Assembly (NCBI GenBank): GCA_002269645.1 | Contig: NIVC01000788.1 | Coordinates: 1 to 64,000, forward strand | Length of the DNA stretch: 64,000 nucleotides | Direction: 5' to 3' | From: Macrostomum lignano | Lineage: Eukaryota | Made by a program: the position numbers and the translations under genes | The notes under the pieces: model-generated | What the model saw: only the letters and a program-made list of their open reading frames with translations | Told to the model about the DNA's origin: nothing | The model's database searches: none | Shown here: positions 23,314 to 35,477 of the stretch, one piece after another | How the letters are laid out: each line of letters begins with the position of its first letter | How positions within the stretch are numbered: position 1 is the stretch's first letter

Positions 23314-24035
23314 AAAGCAGACTGGCTGGATTGCGCTAGATAAAAAAAACATTTTTACGCACCATAAAACGACCAATTTATGAAAACTTCGATGACTCAG
23401 TAGACAGACGCTTATGCCCTACACTTTTATTACATCTTGAATTTGGTACAGCTGTGTTTTTAACCCAGAATTCGCTGATCATGTATTTTGATTATCTAGC
23501 TCGCTCAACTCATACAAATACAATTGTGTATAATCCTGTTTTATCCTCAATCGCTAACAAGCTATAATTATCACAAAGTATCGATTGATTAATCGAACAA
23601 ACCAGTTAGCTGACTGCGCTCGTGTTTAAAACTATGTTCGATTTTTACCATCATCGAAAGCCAAATAGACAGCTTATTTGTCGAGTATATTAGAAAAGCT
23701 TCGTCATATTGAGCATGATTTGAGCACTATAAGTCAACTAATCGCTTAATTTACGAGCTACAGTATTCACTACGAGCTACTACACACAGTAGCCAGAGTC
23801 CTGCCGAGTCTAACAAAACGAGAGCGAATTAAATTCCGTAGATCAAGGATCACGAACGTCTATGAAAGAGGGCAATTATTGCGAATGAGCTCACAAACGC
23901 TTCTATTTCAGGTTAAGGTGCGAGGAGCTTGAAATTGGGAGTGATTTGCCAAGATAATTTTTCTCTCACGTGACCTGAATGTACTGATATTGCTGTATTA
24001 CGCAGCGAGTGATAGGAAGAGTTTTATTGGCGACG

Positions 24036-25384
24036 TCATTGCCGTCGCGGCCTCGTCAACTCTGTCCTCGCCGATTTTACTTCGTCCGACTGCCGGAAGC
24101 TGCTGTCAGCAGCAAATGGGCAGGTGCTCATTGACTCCAACAGGTAGCGAAGCACCGACACAGCTTCGTCTGCCTCAGGAGGGCCGACCCGACTCCACGG
24201 CCCGACTGCTTTGCCTTGGCTGCCGGAACTGGCTCTCACCGTTGCCGCCGCAGTTCTTGCGTGTCGACGGCGATTTGAAGCTGCAGCTGAGTGGGTCGTC
24301 CTTGACGGGACGGATAGCTGCGCAGGTTGCTGCCGGCGTTCTCGAGTAGTGGATGGAGTCTGGCGGCTGCCGCTTACCCACAGCAGCTGTGGCTGAGGCG
24401 GCGGCATTGGAGTTGCTGATGGCAGCCTTTGGCCCGGCTGAGACTGACGCTGCTGATCTGGCTCGCCATGATTTTGCATTGCCAAAGGTTCCTCCCGCGT
24501 CGACGTGACTGGAATCCTGATTTTTTGAGAGGTTGCCAAGGTTCAACAAATAGCATTTTGTCTCGGAATCAGATCAAGACTTTTCAGTCAAGTCCACAGT
24601 AGTTTGCAAAGCTACGGCATGCACTCGACATAGCGATGTCTCGGTGCGAGGTGCTCGGCAGTACGACGATCTACTCGTACATGTAAATTGTTTCTGAACA
24701 TTAGGCCACATGTCCAACCAGCTGCAGTCCCTGCCTGACCAGCGAGAGAGACCCAGGGTTCGCGGGAGGCCGTGGATGCAAAACTAAGTTATCGCAGGTT
24801 TCTTGATAGCACTGATAGCTCATGATAGATTTTGTTTTCCTGCACCTGTTCCATTCATTTTATACTTCATTGAGATTGAAAGAAAACTTTATCGGTATTT
24901 TCTGCTTGCATGCGATACAGGGTATACGGGATACGTACGAGTACGAGCGTAGCTTTACCTTACCAAGTATTTAGATGAGATATGCATTTAAAAAGCAAGA
25001 TTCCCTCTGTTGTCAGTACCTTGCAAAATCCTGTTGTTGTTTCTGCTGCTGCTGCTGCTTATAGGCAGTCGCCCGCAGGTATCTTGGGCCTGCTGAGGAC
25101 ACGCCACCAATTCTCGGCAGGCTGTTGATGGCTGTAGCCGATTCAGCTAAGCAGTAATTAACTTTGGCGAGTCGACCGCTACGATGGGGCATTTCAACTC
25201 TTGTTTGCTCCGGTGGCAGCGCGGCCGCGCCCGCAAGACCGAACTCCACGCTGAGCATGCTTCCAGTTCCGCAGCCGCCTCCACCACCCCCTCCCGTCTG
25301 GCCAAGTTTGCGAACCCAGTCGCGACGATGGTGGTGATGTTGCTGGTGCAGGCGCTGGTGCAGTTGTCGACAGCCGTTATTCAT
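24036..25384 (-). CDS. Low-complexity hypothetical protein, two exons (281 aa); may instead be the 3' end of the DUF4419-like gene
   Basis: Exon 25384-25020 (donor AAG|GTACTG, phase 2) joins exon 24516-24036 (acceptor AATCAG|) in frame; His, Gly and Gln runs; no domain recognised. Confidence 0.5.
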
Positions 25385-26649
25385 GCGCCAGCTAATACAG
25401 GACTTTGACGCCAATTCATGGCTTATTCACTGCGCTCTGAATAACTCGGCATGCAGATGGCGACTGACTGCCGCATGAACAGTTGCCATTCTTCTCACAT
25501 TTTTGTTTCCAGAAATTGTACGTCTCAGATAGTTTCTCCCCACTGTCGGGCTTGCATAGGGACCACACTATTCTGCATTTACTTTTAGCCGCATCTCGCT
25601 CAGGAATTGTATCGGTTCATGCTGGGACACGTTGGGACGGGCGGGGAGAAAAGGAGGGGAAGAGAAATACCTTGCTGGGCCCGTGTTGCCGATGGCAACC
25701 TCTGGGTATTCTGCATGGAACAAGCGAGCTCGTGACTCCCCTCACAATGGCCGGTTTGAGAGCTTCTGCAGAGAGAAATTGGAAGAGAGGGGAGAGAGAG
25801 GTAACCGCATTCAGTAGCTTTTCCTATTCTCAAACAATTCAACGAAGCCTTCCTAGTCTTTTTTGCTGTTTTCTTTTCAGTAAACCCATTATTCTGGCCC
25901 TGCTGTTACTGGTTGCTGGGTAAACTTAAGATCTTCCTTACCACTAATCCTCTCCCCACTCCCTTCTATGACCATTGGTACGAGCGTAGTTTTCTGTGAA
26001 ATCTGTTGGCGTTGAGCTGAGCTGCTTCACTGGGTGGTTGAGTCGTGGTGGACTAAAAAATCAATAGCCTCTTGTTGCTGCCGAGACAGTTGCTGGCTAC
26101 GCCGGAAGCGGGGGAAACAATGTTGTCTGTTAGCTGTCATTTTCTATTGGACCGGTTACGGATATGACTAGGAAGCAACTTCATGCGCCTCAGTGTCTAA
26201 ACGAGCCTTTTTAAATGCATAAACTGTAATGTTGCTGATAGCATTTTTGCATCGCCCTATGCTACTTTCAGTACTAGTGTAGGTGTTTGATTACCCTAAC
26301 TGCCAGCACTTGAATTTCAAATAACCTGCTGCGCATGATTGTAAATTAATAAGTTAAGATGGCATTGGAAACAAAGATATTAGTTTTATTCGAAAAAAAA
26401 TGCTTCTCGGAATACACTTCCACACTACACAGACAAAGAAAGCTTGTTGAAGCTTTGGGGATTAGGATCAACTAGATGGCTTTGACTACTGGAATTTTGC
26501 TTTTTTGTTTCAGCAACCTGTGTTTGATGAGGGGAGAAGTGACTTTGAAGATTCAAGTAGCTACTTTTTTAAGATGCAGTCTGTTAGCTTTTTTCTTTTG
26601 CATTTCAAATGCCATTGGTGAGGGTGTGAGGTAGGAGTCGCAGTTGTGC

Positions 26650-27040
26650 ATACGGGAAAGGCGTGAGGTGGGGGCCCAGCTGTGCATGGGGGAAGGCGTG
26701 AGGTGGGGGCCCAGCTGTGCATGGGGGAAGGCGTGAGGTGGGGGGGCCCAGCTGTGCATGGGGGAAGGCGTGAGGTGGGGGGCCCAGCTGTGCATGGGGG
26801 AAGGCGTGAGGTGGGGGCCCAGCTGTGCATGGGGGAAGGCGTGAGGTGGGGGCCCAGCTGTGCATGGGGGAAGGCGTGAGGTGGGGGACCCAGCTGTGCA
26901 TGGGGGAAGGCGTGAGGTGGGGGGCCCAGCTGTGCATGGGGGAAGGCGTGAGGTGGGGGGCCAGCTGTGCATGAGGGAAGGCGTGAGGTGGGGGGCCCAG
27001 CTATGCATGAGGGAAGGCGTGAGGTGGGGGCCCAGCTGTT
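26650..27040. repeat. ~36-bp G-rich minisatellite (~11 copies)
   Basis: Unit GTGCATGGGGGAAGGCGTGAGGTGGGG(G)CCCAGCT. Confidence 0.93.
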
Positions 27041-27423
27041 CCCGGAGAAAAGAACTCACGAAGAGATTTTGGGTTAGTACTGGGTTTGGATAAGGAAAAC
27101 AAAACAAATATAATTGCTTTTAAGAACAAATTGAGAAAAGGACTCGAAAGTAATAGCATTCTGACCGGAAAATTTTGTGAAATGACGTCAAATAGAGTTC
27201 CGAATTAATGGGAACGTCATGAATACTTGTACTTGTAGACTACTACATGATATTGAAAGCGCCATTCAGGCTTTTGTCATCGATGAATTAACATCGGTTC
27301 AAAGCAAAAAAGGGATGCGAACATTTATACCTTGAGTTAAGAAATGAGTCAATCCCCCTCGAATACGATTTCAAAGAAGCAAATTGGTCGCACGCAATTC
27401 TGCTTTGGAACGGATTGGTTCAC

Positions 27424-30400
27424 TTGTGTCGAGTCGGCACTGGCGACTGGCTGTAAGGTGAAGCCGCACATGCCACTCATCAGGCAGCACATATTGTAGG
27501 CGGGCTCTGATTGGCTCCTTGTCACGCGTTTTGATCGACAACCGCAGCAGAATCTGGGCGATGGGGCGAGGCGGGAAAATGAGCATTGTATACTACTGAA
27601 TATTCTTTTTTTCAACTACAAGTAACAACTCCTTTAATCATAGTATCACGTACTAACTGATATGTAAGTCTTAATAACAACAACTTAATATGACGAACAG
27701 TCATACCCACCTGGATTTAGAGTAGTTGTGATTCCTAATGGTCCAAATATGGACTGCCAGCTCGTCGTCGACAGAAGTAATGTCTGATCTTCGGCTAACA
27801 GTGGTTTGCTGAAATTCAGTTACAAAACAAGGATGAAATTATAGTTCTAAACTACTTCAAATATTAATAATAATAATTCGTAGGGAAAAACATACGAAGT
27901 ACAACAGTCACAATTTCAATCACAATGGCCAAGTTTCAATCGATATTTGGCATCTCAACAATTGTCTTTAAGCCTGAAAGTCGAAGCAATTCTCAAAGGG
28001 CCTGGGAGTCTCGCGACGCTCAAACAGATATCCATGCGCACATGGCCCCCACAAGAGCTTAATCTATTGATAATTAATACGGCGATCTCAGTAAACTATC
28101 CCCAAATTCTGCTCGAACTTTGATTAGCTTAGTGCGCAGTGGCATCTCGGCTATTCGAAAAGGTGTCGGAAGAGTTGAATGAGTTGATAGAATGAAAGTC
28201 TCTGTAATTCACAGGCAAGGTCGCTCATACGATTGCTAGCTGTTCAGAGCCCCAAGGTTCACATCTTCCTGATGCTTACTATTTAGCACATCAAAGTATA
28301 TTCGATTCGATTATCCATCAGAAGAATAAATAGATGAAGACTAAAAACTGTATGCGATTAGGGTTATGGTTCGCTAAGGCTAACGCTCCGTCCCACTCAC
28401 GCTGTCAACATTGTTCAAATTTCTGGCGGCCTGGCCGCGCAGCGCTTCACTCAGTGGCCGGGACACCGCGGGAGAGTCTCCACCGATGTGGCGCCACAGC
28501 CGTCGAGTCCTATTGACAGCCTCGCAGCTGCGCCAGGGCATGAACAGGCCGACGGGCTCTTCACAGGCGTTTCCCGAACTGTTCAGCAGCAGTTTCTCCC
28601 TTGAGTGTTTCGGAAGTTGGTAAAATCTGGCTTTAACTTTTTTAAAGATCAATGGCTGCTTTAATCGAAAACAGCGAATTCAAACTATGTACTGAAGAAG
28701 CCAGGCACATTAAACAAAATAAATTAGACCAAGATTTCAATCCCGTGTACGTGTTGACAAAATTTCGCTGTGTTCTCTTTACTGTGAAGGCGCAAATGTT
28801 CCCTCTGGAACATTCTACGAGTACTTTGTCTTTATACGTCATTTGATCTAGAAATTTCCCCACGGGCAGCAGCTATTCATTTACAAAAGCTTCACCAACT
28901 AGCTCATTGAGCTCCCCATAATGAGAAAGCTAACTGAACCTGTATTCGTCGTAGAAAATTAGCCTAGTTTTCTGCCGGGCCAAATCCGTGCCGTCCAGCA
29001 CGCTGTCATCTGAGATCACCGCCGATAGCGTCGCAGCGGGCGCCATGCCCGTCTCGCTGTCGTGGGTCTCCTTGTTAGGCAGCCGCACCAACAGCACAGG
29101 CAGCCTGACGCCAGTCTTCATGTCGACCAGATGCCGCAGATTCATGCCGCTCTGATCGCTAAACAGCCGAGCGCCCAGAAGAGTTGACAGCCAGCCGTCA
29201 ATTTGATAGTCAGCTTCGGGCAAGGTTTTCGGTTGGCCATTTTTAAACAGTATGTTGCTCCAGAACTTCCTGCCAAGGCGTCAATGAAAGGTATGCGTTT
29301 TCTGTACAAATTTAGAGGAAAAGTATACTCAAAAATATTGAAAAGACGCCACCTTTGAGTGTGCGCAGTAAATTTTATGTCAGTATTGACTTTTGAATGA
29401 CGCAACTTGCGCCACGCGACGCAGAGTTGGACTGGGTGAGGAGGGATTGGGGAGAGCGGAGGGCGAAGATTTGATGGATTTGATGGTCGAAAGACACTGC
29501 TCACTGGGACAAAGGGTGGCGACTTTTCAATGTTGCTAAGTATAGCTCGACAGTAAACGCGTCGGACTGTTGCACCATGACCCCAAGTTCAGATTCGTGC
29601 GTGGCCACATCCATTTGAGGCTTTTGCACGAAAATTAAGTACACCAAAAGTATCATCTCTCAAGGCGCAGGAATGTATATGCCTAAAAGTTGGAAAGTCA
29701 GGGGTCACTGTACACCCTGTGTGAGCGTGTGTGAGTGCCTGCGTACAGTATCCACGCTTGCATGTGCTCAGGAGCCAGCGGAATGGGCGGAATTGCCTCA
29801 GCGATGGTGGCTCTGAGACGATGTCGCCGTAGGCGTTGCTCCAGGGTGCATGCAGTCCGCCTGCAGTTATTATTATTACTGTACTAATCTGTTGCATGCA
29901 AATGTGACAATGGGCGACACGGATACGAAAAAGCTCGCAGCGAATACGCAAATTCATCCAAAAAGCCATCGCCTAGTGCTTGCTGTTTACTGTTTACTGT
30001 TTACTGTTCAGGGCGACCAAATGTTCGACTGAGACGGTTTTCAAACAAGTCTTCTTTCTTTGCCGGTGAGGTAGTATTTCCCGAGTGAGAAATCATTTCT
30101 GTTTGAAAGCCTTAAGCTCAAATAAAAAGGCCCTTGTTCGACGCTTATCCCCTCTGGGAAAGCCTCTTGATGGATGATGGTTAACGAACGATTTTACTAG
30201 CTGTGTCTTCATAAGGTCATTTTTAAGGTCAAGATCCCATCCTCTTTTCACTGCCGGCTATTTCCTAGTTTACCCAGACAGAATGGAGACTACTTTACGA
30301 GCGTAGTAAAAGGAAAGACGGCGAGCGACAAACGATAGCGAGAAATCGTAGAAAGTACCCTATTGAAGGCACGAAACCGTTTTGACAGGTCCGCAGAATT

Positions 30401-33400
30401 TCACTGCTCTGATCTGCCAAATACGATCAAATACTCAAGTACGAGCGTATTGATAGTTGGCCAAATTTTTGGCAGGCAAATAGCGACCGTAAAATGTCGG
30501 GCTCTCCACTCTTATTAGTAGCGCTAAGTTCAAATATGCATGTCGAATAGGTCAAGAACCAACATACTTATTAGAACACCAATATAAACCCTTGAGAAGT
30601 GCTTACCTGCACTGCTGATTCATGTTCAACCGACTCGTCTGTAAGAATTTGCCAATATCGACTATTTCATTTATCACACGCCTTTCCATACCGAAAAACG
30701 TACACAACTCAAACATCATCTCGGGTAATTCCACCCAGGCGCGTCGACTTCCCAGAAACTTTACCGACTGGATTCCATTCTCTGGAATTGTTTTAAATTT
30801 TCAGTAACTTTTCTCAACACTTAGGCACTCGCTAGAATAAACAATGCTTAATCTATTCTTGTCGCAAAAAATGACAGCATTTTTCATCTACATGTTGGAA
30901 GTAGTCAGTTCAACATCTTACCTTTTTTAATATCGTAAATTTTGCCCGGCGTAATCTTTTTCGGTGCCCATTCCTGAGCCTCAATGACGCTGGGCCGGTT
31001 TGCATTGTTCCTCTGACTTCTGTAGAACTCTCTCTGAAATTGCTTCAAGATGCAGTTGACAGATTTACAGATTAACGTAGCGCTAAACTTTCACTGTTTT
31101 ACTTTCCTAAACCTGGCTTGAATATTTTATATTTTCTTTACTACTAAAAGCTACCAGTACAGGAGCCACTGTTTACGGTGTTAAAGACATTAGCAAAGAA
31201 ACAATTCAGCTATAACAATGATAAAACCCACAGTTGTTGATGGCGGAGGAGCGGCGACTCCAGCGGCATTTGCTTCAACTCCAGCCCTATTAAGCAGTTG
31301 CTGACTGTCCTGACTGCCATGGCCGTCTTCGGTGAGCCTGGCATCAAGCATTGTGCGCCACTCGCCTCCATTCACGCGCATTTCATTTGTCCCGCCCATC
31401 GCCCCCTCCGTCTCTTGTCCATTTCTTGTTGCCTGCAATTGAACGCCAGCTTCACTCGCGTCATCCAAAACCAGCTGATCCCGCTGCGGCCTTAGTCGCT
31501 TAGGCGTCCATTCGACAGCAGATGTTGACAAGACGTCAATCGCATCCGCGTTAACCTCACATTCCATTAGATCGCCGATGGCCCCTTCTCGGCTCTGACT
31601 GCTTTTCCGCGCTGTCGCCTGCTGATTGTTGACGTCTTTGGCAAGACTGCGCAGCCGGCGGCTTGCTGTCGCTTGAGGTTCGTGACGGACGTCAAGTACC
31701 CCGGTCGGTGCGATGGTCCTGTTAAAACAAGCGATAAACTACTTTTACTTGCCGAAATTTATACACCTTTTATATTTTCAGCCATCTGAATGCTACGACA
31801 GGCTCACCAATTGTTGTGAACCAACGGCTCCATCAGCGTCTCGCTGGATTCCTCCAATTCGAACAAGCCTCGCATGTGCTCCACCGTCAGCCTGGTTGTC
31901 TCCTTGGTGCCAGCGAGGTAGCAAAGCATGCCGATTGCCAACCGAACCACTAAATGATCCGGAGAGTTTAGCTCAGTGTTGATTAGTCTGAACAGCTTTG
32001 GCAGCGGGTAGGTCTCAACCCGGCGGGCCAGCCGGGCCACAGCGGCCAGGATTAAGTGCGACCGGGTGAACGGGCGCTTGAGCCGGATTTGAGTGATCTT
32101 TGCAAGCTCTTCGTTGTTGTTACGTATCGGATTCTTGCGGTGGTCTGAATTGTTTAACGAATTCCTGCTATGAACGATAATATTCTCAGCCCAGGACTTG
32201 TCGTCAGCGGTAGGTAATAACTACTGAGCTACCTAAACCGTAGACCACACCAGAGAACCTATTTGCACATACTTATAAGATATTCACTTATGGAAATTAT
32301 TTTAGCGTTGCTCGATAGTTATTAGCAATTGGTATGGACTTGTGGGCTCCCGGTGCAACGCTTTCGGCGAAATCGTCCCACAACCAGCGATTCCACCCAC
32401 TCCGCTGCCTCCTGAGCACGTACGCTCGTTCAAGCGCCAATACTGTGTGCGCAGGCACGCACAGTCGTACTCATCATACACACGATCACACAGGGTGTAC
32501 AGTGGCCCTGACTTGCCAATCGTCAAGCATTTACACTCTCCGTGCCTTGGGAGCTGGCCCTTGTGAGTGTGAATCGCACGAGAACCATGGCTAACTTTCG
32601 TTCAAAAGCCTCAAATGAATGTGGTTGCGCACATGTCGCTAGGATTAGAAGTCAAGAGTTTAAGTATCTCCCAACTCTTCACAATTGAGGCAGCAGTGCG
32701 CGCTATGAAGTAAGATTCAAGTTCAAGTGTTTAGAAGTCTCTTGAAAGAGTCTCGAGGAGTCGTGCAACAGTCAGGAATGAGCGTGCCAAGCTAGGAGCG
32801 AACTCAAGGAGTTAGGAGTGAATGAGGCCGCGTTAGGAGTCAAGTGTTTAGGAGTGAGCGTATTATACTCGTAAAACGAGGACTGTGGGATTCCACTCCT
32901 AACACCTAAGTCAAGCGTTCAAGAGCCGATATCAATCAAGAGTAAGTTAAAGAAAAGCCTGACTGATTGAATTCTGTTTCTGATAAAGATTGCATCACAA
33001 CAGGCTTTTTATTTATCGTCAATCTGAATTTCGACGATCAGTGTGGTAACCATTTTGTTAAATTCAAAAGATTTAATCTAAAAAATCTCTAACGAAATTC
33101 AAAGTTAATCTACGAGCTAGTTTCATAGCACGGGCCCCTGCTCTGCTCCCTTTAACACGTACCTAATTGCCCCGCAGCAAACGAAAAGGCAAACTTTAAC
33201 AGCAAACTTTTCCCCCAGACCACTGATTTCTTACAAGTTCGTACTTACAGGTGCACACAATGAATTCCATCTATAAATTTTAATTGAAATCCATCTATAA
33301 ATTTTTAATTGAAACCGTTTTAACTGAAACGACATTTTAAAAATTTGTTAATAACTATAGAATGTACCGTTTTTTATTCCTTATTGGTACTCACTTCCAT

Positions 33401-35477
33401 ACGTATAGCACAGGTTGAGTAGAATATCCAGCGGGTGCAGCACCAAGGTCGCGTTGCTGGCGTAGGCATGCAGACAGGCATCGAGCAGGCCGAAGCCGGA
33501 GACAGTGTAAGCCGGAGTGTTTTGTTCCACTAAGTCTTTGGCGGTGTAGAATTCACGACTAGCCCACATGTAGCGCGGCTTCGACCCATTGGCCTTGATG
33601 TACCTCGGAGTGAAGTGTTTTAGAAAAGCTGCGTCGCATGGAACTCTGGATAAAATCGATTGGATTCAAACAAATTTTTTTAAATAATGGGAAGTAAATC
33701 CAGTGGCGCGCCAAATCAAGTGCTGCGCCAGAACTACTGCAATACTATATAATACATGTATTGTGCAAGTGTCCTAATATAGTCGCTCCCAGGGATTGGA
33801 CTATCAAGATCTACACACGTCAGCAAGGCAGTTCCATCGCTCAAGCCGCGCGCTCTCCCAGCACATGCACTCGATTATGCAACCTATCAAGCAGATTGAT
33901 TGAACTTATGAACTTTAGCAAGAAGTGGAAATAGCACGGCAGCAATCCTAATGAGTACGTTGGGTTCTTTTGTCATTCATTCTCTTATTAATAAGTCCAC
34001 GCATTGAGGAGAGCCTCCAGCAAGCAGTGCCTGAGCTAAGCGACCAGAGCGTGCAGTATCTTAAAGCTTCTGATGCTCCAATACATTTGAATGTCTTTCT
34101 TCAAGTTAATTATTAAATCTAGACCGAGTCGGAAAACTTTCTTACTTCGGATACTGCACCTAGCGCATGACTGGGGGGGGGGGGCAGAGAAGGGGAGAGA
34201 TGATAGAGAATAGAGAGGAGAAACGAGGACCGAGAAGCGAGAGGCGAGGCAAAAGAGCAGACGAGACCAGAGGCATTCATTTAGCACCGCAGACACTCAT
34301 TTTAGCGCCGCAGGCACTCATTTTAGCGCCGCAGGCACTCATTTTAGCGCTGCAAGCACTCATATTGGCGCCGCAGGCACTCATTTTGGCGCCGCAAGCA
34401 CTCATTTTGGCGCCGCAAGCACTCATTTTAGCGCCGCAGGCACTCATTTTAGCACCGCAGGCACTCATTTTGGCGCCGCAGGCACTCATTTTGGCGCCGC
34501 AGGCACTCATTTTGGCGCCGCAGGCACTCATTTTAGCGCCGCAAGCACTCATATTGGCGCCGCAGGCACTCATTTTAGCTCCACAGGCACTCATTTTAGC
34601 GCCGCAGGCACTCATTTTAGCGCCGCAGGCACTCATTTTAGCGCCGCAGGCACTCATTTTAGCGCCGCAGGCACTCATTTTAGCGCCGCAAGCACTCATA
34701 TTGGCGCCGCAGGCACTCATTTTAGCTCCACAGGCACTCATTTTAGCGCCGCAGGCACTCATTTTAGCGCCGCAGGCACTCATTTTAGCGCCGCAGGCAC
34801 TCATTTTAGCGCCGCAGGCACTCATTTTAGCGCCGCAGGCACTATATTCTGTCGCCCTGAAGCAAAATTATTGATTTCTACAAGGGGTTACAAGGTGGGG
34901 TGGGGGGGGGGGACAAAGCATTGTCATGTCCCCCAAAGCTTTTACTGTGGGAGACATATCCCCCTGTCCCCCCGGTGGCAACGCCCCTGAGGAGAGGAGA
35001 GAGGAGAGGGAGAGAGAGGAGAGATTAGAGAGAACAGAGCTGAGAAGAGTCACAAATGCCATTGTGAAGTTTCAATGGACCCGAAGGCTGGATAGAGGCA
35101 ATATGGCCCGCGGGCCGGAGATCTATCGACAAAACGAAAGCAGTGACTACAAAGCATTTTGCTTTTAACAATTTTTGTGCAATAAAATTGATTTCATTGA
35201 TCGGTGTCTCACCATCGGAGGAGGGGTTAATATTGCCGATAAACCAATTCAATTTAAGGTTGTAATGCGTATTTATGCATATATTTACGGTAATATACTC
35301 AATATTTGTTTAATTCACACGCTTCCCAGTTCAATTCACAAGCTACCTTTTTTAATTGGTGGCCTACCTGCAACTGCTGACGTCCACGATGGGCTGATCG
35401 CTTGCCTCCTGAAGATCAACGCACTCAGAGTCGTTGTCTTCAACATGCCGGTCTCCCCAGGACAGGATGTGCGTCAT
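27424..35477 (-). CDS. Multi-exon gene, DUF4419-like protein (at least 767 aa; 3' end unresolved)
   Basis: Exons 35477-35368 (GCCACCATG), 33645-33395, 33270-33249, 32167-31808, 31718-31232, 31033-30922, 30781-30607, 29269-28940, 28626-28401, 27808-27711, 27553-27424 give one open frame with compatible GT-AG phases; a further exon probably starts at 26517. Motifs GFGLLDACLHAYASNATLVLHPLDILL and KFWSNI...YQIDGWLSTL resemble my recollection of DUF4419. The gene model is firmer than the family call. Confidence 0.72.
29324..29544. mobile_element. MITE, same TIR family as 8419-8691
   Basis: Left TATACTCAAAAATATTGAAAAGACGCCAC; right GTGGCGACTTTTCAATGTTGCTAAGTATA. Confidence 0.7.
29545..29880 (+). 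mobile_element. tRNA-derived SINE (copy 2), 5' end abutting the MITE
   Basis: GCTCGACAGTAAACGCGTCGGAC head remnant; body AGGGGTCACTGTACACCCTG...GTGCCTGCGTACAGTA...GATGTCGCCG...CCAGGGTGCA; (TTA)n tail. Confidence 0.75.
32320..32600 (-). mobile_element. 5'-truncated SINE (copy 3)
   Basis: Reverse complement CAAGGCACGGAGAGTGTAAATGCTTGACGATTGGCAAGTCAGGGCCACTGTACACCCTG matches the SINE body at ~8850-8920. Confidence 0.75.
34150..34990 (+). mobile_element. Non-autonomous element carrying a 21-bp minisatellite (~27 copies, 34280-34850)
   Basis: Unit GCACTCATTTTAGCGCCGCAG; ends ...CCCCTGTCCCCCCGGTGGCAACGCCCCTG. Homologous eroded copy at 4260-4545. Left boundary approximate. Confidence 0.7.

Noticed and set aside
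22282-23339. Four additional long ORFs overlapping the Q-rich gene on both strands
   Set aside because: Stop-free by-products of the CAG/CCG-rich repeat; only the 22327 frame has coherent unique termini.
30010-30200. Candidate extra exon of the DUF4419-like gene
   Set aside because: Phase-compatible frames contain stops, and exons 30781-30607 and 29269-28940 already join in frame.
32302-32594. Cys-containing ORFs as an extra exon of the minus-strand gene
   Set aside because: The sequence is the reverse-strand SINE body.
34167-34874. LAPQALI / MSACGAK repeat proteins
   Set aside because: Translations of a 21-bp minisatellite inside a dispersed element and inside an intron of the minus-strand gene.
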